Shown: positions 51,831-63,249 of the stretch, piece by piece
How the letters are laid out: each line of letters begins with the position of its first letter
How positions within the stretch are numbered: position 1 is the first letter of the stretch
Made by a program: the position numbers and the translations under genes
Assembly (NCBI RefSeq): GCF_006345805.1
Contig: NC_043021.1
Span: forward strand, 12,586,001-12,650,000
Direction of reading: 5' to 3'
DNA length: 64,000 bases
Source: Octopus sinensis
Taxonomy: Eukaryota
The notes under the pieces: generated by a model
What the model saw: only the letters and a program-made list of their open reading frames with translations
Told to the model about the DNA's origin: nothing
Databases searched by the model: none

Positions 51831-53263
51831 GTTGATGCAAGCAACTCTCCAGGAGTTGGTCATTGTTGTTGTGACATATTTTCATGAGGTGGTGGTGGTG
51901 GTTGTTGTTGTTGTTGTTAAGCAACAAGACGGATAAGGGTGATTAGGTGATGGTCTAGGGCTTAGGGGCAGGAGACCCCAGCCCTTGGAAAAAAACTTTA
52001 GTCGTCTTGTTGTAGTTGAGGGCTCTTCATTGACACCCAACACCACTGGGAGGTGGCCCTCGAAGTCGCTGGAAATGGAGATCTCCAGGTCCCAATTCTT
52101 GAACGGCAGGTGCTGGTGGTGCTGATGGTGGTGGAAGATGGCGTTGGTCATAATTATCAAAATGTATTCATAGGAGCCATCAGTGGCGACTATGACCAAC
52201 ACCGTAACAGATGTCACCAACACTATCTTTCACCACCACACGAAAATACATCACAACGACCACGAGCAAAAGTTGAAGAGTAGTTGCTGCTGGTAACCCA
52301 AATGCTGAACAGTTTAAAATAAAATAACAAAACCGGTGCAAATACACATTCCTTGGACTGCTTCTTTCTGATGATAGGTTTTTGCCCCTGAAATATAAAA
52401 GTTTTTTTCTGCATTGTTAGAAATTTTCTTTTTCCTTTTTTCTTGTTTCTTTCATTTTTTATTTCTGTACTACAATGCTTCAAGCAAACTACGATACTCT
52501 TATCTATGATGATGATAGGAGTGGCTGTGTGGTAAGTAGCTTGTTTACCAACCACATGGTTCTGGGTTCAGTCCCACTGCATGGCACCTTGGGCAAGTGC
52601 CTTCTACTATAGCCTCGGGCCGACCAAAGCCTTGTGAGTGGATTTGGTAGACGGAAACTGAAAGAAGCCCATCGTATATATGTATATATATATGTATGTG
52701 CGCTTGTGTGTTTGTCCCATCCAACATCACTTGACAACCGATGCTGGTGTGTTTATGTCCCTGTCACTTAGCAGTTCGGCAAAAGAACCGATAGAATAAG
52801 TACTGGGCTTACGAAGAATATGTCCCGGGGTCGAGTTGCTCGATTAAAGGTAAAAACTGGGACCCTGCCCTGCTCACATACTCACGCATGAAAACACACA
52901 TACAAATATGCATACATGCAAACACACACACACACACACACACACATCCACAGACATGAATATATACATGTATATATATAGGTGCAGGGGAGGCTGTATG
53001 GTAAGTAGCTTGCTTACCAACCACATGGTATTCTTCGTTATTCTTGGATGCAGCGGAACATATGGTTCAGTACTATTTTCAATACCCTATTTAACCATGA
53101 TTTCTTTTGGAAATTATGTTAATATTTACCTAAATAATTTTTATTAACTACCTTATATTTTTTCATTATTTCCTTTTCTAGTAGTTTATCATAAAGCGGT
53201 GTATCCAATCAATATAAATTCCTGGTCTTATCAGATTGCACTATAACTCCATCCTGGTTCTTT

Positions 53264-53530
53264 AATATTATGTAAATAGAGGAAATTTATCTATAAAATA
53301 TGTTCCAATTACTCAATAGTCAAGATAAAACTCTGAGTTTCAGATGCCGAAGTGGAAATCCACAACACCATCTCTTCGGTTATCTGGCCATCTGAAAAAA
53401 CGCTATGAAAAAATTTTTGCATAGCGTTTTTTCAGATGGCCAGATAACCGAAGAGATGGTGTTGTGGATTTCCACTTCGGCATCTGAAACTCAGAGTTTT
53501 ATCTTGACTATTGAGTAATTGGAACATATT
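53264..53530. repeat. Palindromic (foldback) element with a perfect 111-bp inverted repeat
   Basis: 53297-53407 is the exact reverse complement of 53420-53530; 12-nt spacer. Confidence 0.97.
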
Positions 53531-53807
53531 ATTTTATATATATATATATATATAACAATTGCAGCGTGGAAGGTGTTTATAAGCCATTTAAGAAACACAC
53601 AAAAGCCGTTCGATTCACTTCAACATTTAAGTTTAATTTGTCAAAATATTTTCGTTGCTAAAATCCGCGATCTGTTCATTGACAAAAATCCGTGCTGCAT
53701 CTTGTGTGTTTCTTAAATGACTTATAAACACCTTCCACGCTGCAATTGTTTTCGTTTCAGCACACGATCTCAGATCAAATTACTTGCTATGCGAGTACAT
53801 CTCTGTA

Positions 53808-53838
<31 letters not shown>

Positions 53839-53924
53839 TGTATGTATGTACGTACGTATGTATGATGTACGTACGTACGTATGTACGTATGTATGTATGT
53901 ATGAATGAATGTATGTTTCTTTCC

Positions 53925-54215
53925 TAACCCAGGATGAGTGTTGGCTTCATCACTTTGAGACAGAGACAAAGAGACAATCCATGCAGGACCTGCTCCAAAG
54001 AAGGCCAAGGATGGCCTCACTTTTGTGGGGTGCAAAAGGCATTGTGTTTATTGACTATCTTCAAAAGGGCCACACCATCAACAGAGAATACTATGCCAAT
54101 TTGCTGAGGCACTTACGAGAGGTTATTAAGATCAAACACCCAGGAAAACTGATGAAAAGGGGTCTTGTTTCATCAGGATGATGCTCCAACACACAAGTCT
54201 TTAGTTTCAATGGCA
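53925..54215 (+). mobile_element. Mariner transposase fragment
   Basis: QDECWLHHFETETKRQSMQ...KGIVFIDYLQKGHTINREYYANLL. Confidence 0.85.
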
Positions 54216-54624
54216 GCTTTACTCTTTTACTCGTTTCAGTCATTTGACTGTGGCCATGCTGGAGCACCGCCTTTAGTCGTGCAAATCAACCCCAGGACTT
54301 ATTCTTTGTAAGCCTAGTACTTATTCTATTGGTCTCTTTTGCCAAACTGCTAAGTGACGGGGATGTAAACACACCAGCATCGGTTGTCAAGCGATGTTGG
54401 GGGGACAAACACAGACACACACACATACATACACACACACACACATATATACATATATACGACAAGCTTCTTTCAGTTTCCGTCTACCAAATCCACTCAC
54501 AAGGTTTTGGTAGGCCTGAGGCTATAGTAGAAGACACTTGCCCAAGGTGCCACGCAGTGGGACTGAACCCAGAACCATGTGGTTGGTAAGCAAGCTACTT
54601 TCCACACAACCACTCCTACACCTA

Positions 54625-54962
54625 TACTTGACTAAATTTAGTACTTTCTCTCTTTCATACCATATTATGATATCTGGTGTTTCCATAACTGGGATGGAAA
54701 GACTCCTTGACACCCTGGTAAATCTGCAGCCATCTCCCAATTGCCACTCCACTTTACATCACTCCCAGGAAATTTCTTCTTCAAATGGATCTGCTATCCT
54801 GAGTGCACAAAGGTAACGAAATTTCTGGTTGGTTCCTTCAATGGTTTTTTGCCACTGTTGATGAGAGCAATTTGGTTCTTTATAGCATTGAAGATAACCT
54901 TAAGGACTAGATTGTGACTCCATGTGTATCTATTCAATGCCAGTGAACAGTTGGAAAGAATG
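54625..54962 (-). mobile_element. HERO/NeSL-like RLE LINE fragment
   Basis: ILSNCSLALNRYTWSHNLVL followed by TPDIIIWYEREK. Confidence 0.65.
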
Positions 54963-55743
54963 TTTCAGTGCTCCAACTTTTCTGCCTCTGCATATATCAT
55001 TTTCTGAGATATTCCATCATCAATCATCATCGTCATCATCAATCATCATTTGTCATTATCAATCATCAATCGTCATCATCAATAATCAATTGTCATCATC
55101 AATCACCATCAGTCATCAATCTTCATCATCAATACCAATCATCCTCAATCATCAATCATCATTATCATTTAGTGTCCGCTTTCCTTGCTGGCATGGGTTA
55201 GACTGGAACTGGTAAGCCGGAGAGCTGCACCAGGCTGCATTCTGTTTCAGCTTGGTTTCTGTGGATGCTTTTCTGAATGCTAACCAATTTATAGAGTGTA
55301 ATGGGTGCCTTTTGCTTTACCTGTCACCGGCACAGGTGTCTTTTATGTGTCACTGGCACCGGCCACGACACCAACTTCCCTTAGGTGTTTTAGCTATTTT
55401 ACATATTTATTCATTTATATATTTATCTCAATTTTGCTAAAAAAAAAAAAAAAACCCAAAAAAAACAACCAGCCAACCAACCCTCAATCCCACTTGCACC
55501 ACCCCCCAAAAAAAAAAAAAAAAAGAAAAATGTTGGTAGAAAATAATATAAAGTTTAAGCAAACTTTATCTAAGTTGGAAAGTACAAAGATCGCCCCACC
55601 GTAAAAAAAAAAAAACATCAAGTGGTGGAGGGGGAAGAAAGACATTATTATTGATTATATAATCAGGTATTATTATTATTATTATCATTATTATTATTTT
55701 GCCTGCTTTTCTCTTGTATTGCTTTGACTTCCACTTCACTCAG

Positions 55744-55769
55744 TTATTATGGAGGTCTACAAGTTACAT
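55744..55769 (+). CDS. SLC6 start-codon microexon (5 nt UTR + MEVYKLH)
   Basis: ttcactcag|ttattATG...CAT|gtgagt; phase 0 matches exon 62264. Confidence 0.65.
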
Positions 55770-57298
55770 GTGAGTAGAGTTGTTTTATTGTCTTATAATA
55801 GATTTTCGTTAAAATATTTTCATTAACGTTAAGGTGTATTATTGTAAAATTCTGATATTTCATATTCAAATATTTGGGATTTACTCATTTAAACAATGTT
55901 GTTTAAGAATTTATATTATGTTTGAATGTTCTTTTTTCTTAACATTTTTCTCAATATTCTTCCTTGCTCTCTCTTTCTCTCTCTTCGAAAAATCTCCGTT
56001 TATGACAAAAGTCCTTGATTTCTTTTGTCCCCAGTAATAAATTAGACTAAGATTTGAAAAAAAAGCCCCTTCTTCATCTTCTTCTTTTCTTCATTTTTCT
56101 TTGTCTTTTTCATTCTTCTTCTTTCATTTTGCTTTGTATTCATTCTTCTTCTTCATTTTTCTTTGTTTTTATTATTTTGTTTTTCTTCTCCCTTCTTCAT
56201 TCTTCTTCTTCTTCATTCTTCTTCTTCATCTCCTTCATTTTTCTTAGTTTTTATTATTTTGTTTTTCTACTTCATTTCCTTTTTCTTTCTGTTTTTACTG
56301 TTTTAATTCCTTTTGTTCTTTCACTTCTTTTCATCTTTCATTTTTTTCCTTTGTTTTTCTTCTTCATTTTTCTTTCTTTCTGATTTTTACTTTGTTGTTC
56401 TTCTTTTGTTTCTTCTTTCCTTCGTTTTTCTTTCTTTCTGATTTTTACTTTGTTGTTGTTGTTGTTCTTCTTCTTCTTCTCCAATTACTGTCGGGTCCTT
56501 GGGAACAGTATCAGAAGGCATCAAGGAAACTGGAATAGAGTGCCCAGTAGAACTGTTACAAAAGGTTTGCCTCCTTGGCATGGCCACAATAATCAGGAAA
56601 GTATTGGATAGCTGAAAAGAACAGACAGCATGGTCCCTCAGGCTGCAGGTAGCAAGCCCACTACGCATACAAGACTCCCGGAGCTCCAACAAAACCTGTG
56701 ATAATTAGAAATAACAACAACAACAACCACAATAATAGTAATAATAGTAACAATAATAATAATGATAATAATAGTAACAATAATAATAATGAGGATAATA
56801 TAATAATAATAATAAACCCTTAATCAGGGACCTTTCGAGTGGGATGGGTTACTCAACCTGAAGAAAATTCTAACTGGGCCCCACCTGCAAGGTCATGTGC
56901 TGTTTATCTTGATATGAGATCACCATGTCGTGCACACATGGTTGTGATGCATGTGCCTAGTATACCCTTATCAGACGGGTAGTCATGATGGGTATACTGG
57001 GCTTCGTATATTTTACCCCAGTGTCACTTTGATGGCATGCACTGCTCTCTCACTCAATAATAATAACAATAATAATAATAATTCAGTCTACTATAGGTTC
57101 AAAGCCTGAAATTTTGGGGCAGAGGGCTAGTTATATTGACCCCAGTACTTGACTGGTACATGTTTTATCAACCTCAAAAGGTTGGAAGGCAAAGTCAACC
57201 TTGGCAAAATTTGAACTCAGAATGTAAAACCATGAGAAATGCCATTAAACATATTATCCCAGCATGCTAACAATTCTCCTGGCTCACTGCCTTAATAA

Positions 57299-57332
<34 letters not shown>

Positions 57333-60300
57333 CATCGTCGTCGTCATGGATTCTTCTGTCAAAGATGATGAATGAGTGTTCAGTGTTTGCTGTCTGACCT
57401 GCACAAAGGATTAGTTTATAGTGATCAAATGTGTGCTGTACATTAGTCTACTTCCTCAATCAAATGGACATTACCTGTACAGGTGCACAGGTGTGCCTCA
57501 TATCAGATTTTGAAATGACCGCAGAGCAACAAAATTAAGTGTTTTGCTCAAGAACACAATGCATGGCTCTGTCCAGGAACTGAACCCATGAGTTAGTGAT
57601 TATGAATGCAACACCCAAACTACAAGGCCAAGTTTATGCTTGGCCATATTGTGTGTCTTTGATTGACCAATGCTTGGTAGCAAGCTTTCAAGGTATCATT
57701 TACTTACTGTAAAAATGGTAGCGAGCTGGCAGAAACATTAGCACACTGGGTGAAATACCTAGCAGTATTTCGTCTGCTGTTACATTCTGAGTTCAAATTC
57801 TGCCGAGGTCGACTTTGCCTTTAATCCTTTCGGGGTCAATAAATTAAGTACCAGTTATGCACTGGCGTCGATATAATCGACTTAATCTGTTTGTCTGTCC
57901 TCTCTGCATTTAGCCCCTTGTGGGTAGTAAAGAAATAGGTATCATTTACTCACTGCAGTTATTGAGCATAAAGGTTAGTGTTCACAGCAGGAGCTTCTGG
58001 GACAAGCTCAAAGTTGCAACACACCCTCAAAATTTCACCTAACACAACATGACCTTCTGTTCAAACAGCTCTTGTTTGACAACATGTTCTGAGGCCTGGC
58101 TAGAATGAAATGACTAATTTCTTTTGTTCGGATTAGGAAAACAGATCCATTTGTCATTCCCAGTTTCAATTCAATGCCAAAAACAGGCATCTCGAGGATT
58201 TGCCAGTGGTTGTTTGCAAATGTTCACATGTCGTTGAGTCTGGTCATTGGTCAGTTCATGAGGAGCTTATCCACAGTGTTTGTTCACAAGACTGAGCTTA
58301 TGGAGGCGTTAATTGATGGAAGATCCAAGTTCTGCCAACAATGTATGAGTGCTTGTGCTTGGCTGTTGCTCAGCCGTTTTGAGCAAAGCCTCATCTACCA
58401 CAACAGAAGGTCTCCCAGCCTTGCTTTATCTTCAAGGCTCATGTCACCTTCCTAGAAATGTCTGAACCAGTTTTGTGCACTTGTTTACCTTAAACTGCAT
58501 TCCGGTGTCATCATTGAATATTCTCACAGTCTGGATCAACATATCTAGGTCTTGGTAAAATTTTAACTCAGAACATAAAGTCTGGCAAAATTCCACAAAG
58601 CATTTTATCCAGCATGCTAACCATTCTGCTAGCTCTCCATCTTGACCCATTGCCTGTCATGAGTCCCATTTGCGAATCTGCTAAATGCAGTCTCACTGCT
58701 GGTTGTTCGTTGTATTTAAAATGAATTGCTTATGTACATTGCATCCGCAGAGGTGTGTTTAACAATATTTAGTAGTTAAAGTTTGTCAAAATTAGCTCTG
58801 GCTAATTCTAGAGGACATTTTATGTCATAAATCGCAATTTTTGAACTACAAAAATATTGACTGTTTTGAAAACTTTTCTTTTTACATTTCCCATCTATAC
58901 CATTCATTAATATTTCATACAAATTCGCATTTGATACTACAGTTTCAAAAAAACTAAAATGTTTATTATTGCAATTGAGTAGAAACGGATAAATATGCTT
59001 TTTTCAGCAATCCCCATTTGGTACTTTTCGAAAAATATATTATAATTTCCAAAATAATTCACATATGAAGAAAATTTAACTATATATTATTTTAACTCCC
59101 AAGACACCTGGCAAAGCCAAAAAATATGAATAAAAACATTTGGCAGTTAATGGGTTAAACTTAATAATGTTACAAGAAATTTATTTTACTAAATCCTTCA
59201 TTATTTTTACAATTAAAACAATGTATTTCAACAAAGAATATGGAAATGAAAGGGTTAAAGACATTTACATCTGCACTCAAAGATAAACATAATCAAAGAT
59301 AAAGTCTTAAGTAGTCTGACAGAGCAATGAAATTTTTAGACATTATTGTTGTTGTTATAATTATTATTATTATTATTATTATTATGATTATTATTATTAT
59401 TATTCTTTTAATTTTGTTTTCCTAACAAATAGGGCAAAGAAACTCGCTGTATACATTGGTAGGCCATTAAAGTAAACACACCTGATTGTCCATTTACAAA
59501 GTCATGATATGTGATAGAAAAAAAGAGAAGGAAAAAAGAAAGAAAAAAGGAAGAAACTTTGAAAAATAGAAAAAAAAAGGGGGGGGAGGAAATTCACAGC
59601 AATAATGCTCTTTTCAGTACATGTGATGTACCAGTCAAAACAATAATCTTTTGCACTCTTAAATAATTTACAGTTCCCTTTTTATCATTCCAATTGCTCC
59701 TACAATCACTGGTATTGTAACAGTCTGGAGATGTCACATTTTTTTCAATTTCAATCAGCAAATCTTTATATTTTCTGAGCTTATAAAATTCTTTTGCCAA
59801 GATATTCTGATCACAAGGTATTCTTATGCCAATCAATAAACAGACTTTATTGTTCTGGTCTTTCACAATAATACCTGGTTTGTTAGCTTTGATGGTTCTG
59901 TATGTATGTACTGGAAAGTCCCAAAGAATTGTTATACTTTCTCCTTCAGTTACAGCCTCAGGGTGGTGCTTGTACCATTTGTCAACAGTTTTGATTTTAT
60001 AATGCTGACATATTAACCAGTGTAGATATTGGCCAACTCTGTTATGTCTTGATTTATACTCTACAGGTGCTAAAACTTTGCCTCCAGAGATTAGGTGATC
60101 CACTGTTTCAATCTCATCATTGCATTATCACCACTTTGGATCCACTCCATTTTTTTTTGACATTGGCTTGGTAGTTTCAGGTCAATAAATTCTGAACCTG
60201 AACAGCTAACATGAAGCTTTCACTCTCTACCTTCATCCCTGAGCTTCATAGCCACTGACAGATGTACTTCTGGTCTATATCAGCTTGTTTGCTATGGGCC

Positions 60301-61449
60301 ACATATTTGCCATGCAGAGGGTTTTGTTCTCACCTATCAACCAATTGTTCTTTTTTTCTTTTCCATTGATTTCACCTTCTTTGCAGCAGTTGCTGCACTT
60401 CCATCATGCTGTTCGACCTCATGAACTTAATAGCAAATATTTTGCTCTCCTTCACGACAGAATGATGCTTCTTATACCTCTTGTGATTTTCAACGGCTTT
60501 TAGCATCCAGTCGTCAGATGTTTCAAGATATTTGGCCAGTCCATTTGTGGTGGTTTTGTAAGAGATTTCTAATTGGATCAGGCTTCGACCTCCATGGGCT
60601 CTGGGGAGGTAAAGACAATTTGAGTCTGTCTTTGGGTGGTGCACCTTATTGCAAGTCAGCAGCTTATGCATTTTCTTGTCAATTTTCTTTATTTTGCTGA
60701 TATTCCAATTCAACACATTGAAACCATAAACAAAAACTCAAACTGCTAAGGAATTTATGGCTTGTTATGTGCATTTAGCTCAGATTTCAGAACTGCTTTA
60801 TCTCTCCTGTAACATTCCTTCCTGATCTATTTTATACTTGCCTGCTGAATGCCAGAGCCTGCATTTATTCTGAGGTATTTGTAAATTTGTTCCAACTCAG
60901 GTTCTTTTACTATCATCATCATCATTATTATTATTGAGTGAGAGAGTAGTGCATGTCATCAAAGTAACACTGGGATAAAATATACGAAGCCCAGTATACC
61001 CATCATGACTACCCGTCTGATAAGGGTACACCAGGCACATGCATCCCAACCACATGTATGCAACATGGTAATCTTTTATCAAGATAAACAGTGCATGAGC
61101 TTGCAGGTGGGGGTCCAGTTAGAATTTTCTTCAGGTTGAGTAGGCCAGTCCACTCTAAAGGTCCCTGAATAAGGTTGTTTAAGGATGTTGAACGAAGCAC
61201 CCATGTTTCCAAAGGTGAATTATCCAAACCTAAAAAAGGATTCCTCTCAACACATGACTTTGATGCTTCTCCAACTACTTTTGCTCGTGATCAGAGATGC
61301 ACATATCGTCAGCCACTAAGGGACATGCTCAACTGGTTGTGGTCAAGCAACTGACAAGCAAATCTGTGGTATTGAGCAGAATATTTGCTGTTGCCCAGCT
61401 TTTATACCAAGAAAAAACAATGTACACAATAACATTTCTAATCAGTTGA

Positions 61450-61485
<36 letters not shown>

Positions 61486-61756
61486 ATTATTATTATTATT
61501 ATTATAATTATTATTATTATCATTATTATTATTATTATTATAATTATTATTATTATTATTATAATTATTATTATTATCATTATTATAATTATTATTATTA
61601 TTATTAATTATTATTATTATCATTATTATTATTATTATATAATTATTATTATTATTATTATAATTATTATTTTATTATATAATTATTATTATCATTATTA
61701 TTATTATTATTATAATATTATTATTATCATTATTATTATATTATTATAATTATAAT

Positions 61757-61788
<32 letters not shown>

Positions 61789-61859
61789 ATTATTATTATT
61801 ATTATAATTATTATTATAATTATTAGTATTATTATTATTATAATTATTATTATTTATTA

Positions 61860-61890
<31 letters not shown>

Positions 61891-63249
61891 GGGCTGGTAC
61901 ATAATTATTGCAACTCTTTTCCAACAAATGTTATTCCACAAAAACAATAACAACATGTAACAAAATCATCTTTAAATGATTATTCCGGAGCATATTCACC
62001 ATCAACTTCAATTACTGCTTCCCATTTGCTTGGCAGACGGTCAGACCATCATTTAAAGATGTTTTTGCTAAATATTGTTATTGTTTTTGTTGAATAAAAC
62101 TTGTTGAAAAAAAGGCACAATAATTATGCACCAACCCAGTACTATTATAATCATTATTATTATTATTATTATTATTATCATTGTTATTATTATTATTATT
62201 ATATTATTATTATTTTTGTTAATTTCTTTAAATGCATGTTCTTCTGTCCTTGATTAATTAAAGACTGAACAGAAACCCACAAATGGCATACACCAAGGAG
62301 CAGAAATCACTGAAGATCCACCACCAGAAGGAAACACACCCAAGCAAAGAGGTGCCTGGGGAAAACAGATAGAGTTTTTCATAACATGTGTTGGTTTTGC
62401 TGTAGGTTTGGGTAATGTATGGCGCTTCCCATATCTCTGCTACAAGAATGGAGGAGGTAAGTGAGGCATAATGCTTGCCATTTGTTATCTTTTATCATTA
62501 CTTGTTTCAGTCTTCAGGCTGTGGTCATGCTGGGGCACTGCCTTAAAGAGTTTAGTCAAACAAATCGACTCCAGTACTCATTTTTTAAAGTTAGGTAATT
62601 ATTCTATCAGTCTCCACTGCCAAACCCCTAAGTTACAGAGATGTAAACAAAAAACCAATTGTCAAGTGACAAGGGGGACATACACAAACACACACACAAG
62701 TACATATATATAAATATATATAACAATTAAAGTCCAGGAGTAGTGAGAAGTACGAATATTTAATTCCATATGTTTACAGCTGTTTCATAATTCACATTCA
62801 GTTACATCATCGACTAATGCTGAAGTCAAAGCACATAATATATATATATACATACGTATGTATGTATGTATGTATATAAGCTCTTTGTATAGGGACTTCT
62901 CCCACAATGTCTGTCTACCAAATTCATTTACAAGGTATTGGTTGGCCCAGGGCTATTGAAGACACTTGTCCAGGTTGCCATTCAGTGGCCTTGAACCCGA
63001 CAGCTAGTGGTTGCAAAGTGAGATTCTTAGCCACACAGCCATTCCTGGATGATTTCCTTGTTCCTTTCCAAAGACTATACTCACTGTTAAACCCTCAACC
63101 TTACTTTTTGCTTCCAGGTGCATTTCTAATTCCATATTTCATTTGTCTGATAACCATTGGCATCCCTCTCTTCTTTATGGAGATCTCTGTCGGTCAGTTT
63201 AGTGGACTTGGTCCACTGACAATATTTCGCCATTGTCCACCTTTTAAAG
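55749..63249 (+). CDS. SLC6 sodium/chloride-dependent transporter (GlyT1/amino-acid subfamily-like), 5' part; continues past the window end
   Basis: Exons 55749-55769, 62264-62456 and 63118-63249 give [15 protein letters not shown]...[64 protein letters not shown], the SNF/SLC6 TM1-TM2 signature. Confidence 0.93.
56481..56815 (+). mobile_element. R4/Dong-like LINE 3' end with (AAC/AAT)n tail
   Basis: [10 protein letters not shown]...[26 protein letters not shown] followed by a short UTR and trinucleotide tail. Confidence 0.8.
57945..58490 (-). mobile_element. Mariner transposase fragment, abutting a short R4/Dong RT fragment (58490-58555)
   Basis: [36 protein letters not shown]; adjacent [19 protein letters not shown] is RT-like. 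Confidence 0.75.
59594..60900 (-). mobile_element. R4/Dong-clade LINE fragment (RT C-terminus, zinc knuckle, restriction-like endonuclease), degenerate
   Basis: [15 protein letters not shown]; DHLISG..LA..EYKSRHN; [10 protein letters not shown]...IP.D.NI..KE..KL.KYKDL. Confidence 0.9.
60935..61450 (-). mobile_element. (AAT)n-tailed retroposon 3' region; shorter opposite-strand copy at 56815-57080
   Basis: Shared segment of about 250 bp ending ...gcactgctctctcactcaataataat, with subterminal hairpin gcctagtataccc...gggtatactgggc. Confidence 0.75.
61450..61890. repeat. About 440-bp imperfect (ATT)n microsatellite; other long tracts: (AAT/AAC)n 20735-20837, (ATT)n 23740-23850, (TA)n 24065-24255, (CAT)n 36760-36875
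   Basis: Direct inspection. Confidence 0.97.
62264..62456 (+). CDS. SLC6 exon with TM1 ([17 protein letters not shown])
   Basis: Canonical SLC6 motif; donor G|gtaagt; acceptor could alternatively be at 62273. Confidence 0.95.
63118..63249 (+). CDS. SLC6 exon with TM2 (GAFLIPYF...CPPFKG)
   Basis: tttttgcttccag| ... G|gtaagt; 132 nt, phase 1-1. Confidence 0.95.

Noticed and set aside
6260-54589. Recurrent ORFs ...[33 protein letters not shown] (about 15 hits)
   Set aside because: These are antisense translations of SINE family A, not a gene family.
60990-61045. Hammerhead ribozyme around ctgataag
   Set aside because: The core is not CUGANGA and there is no GAAA with stems II/III; a simple hairpin explains the sequence.
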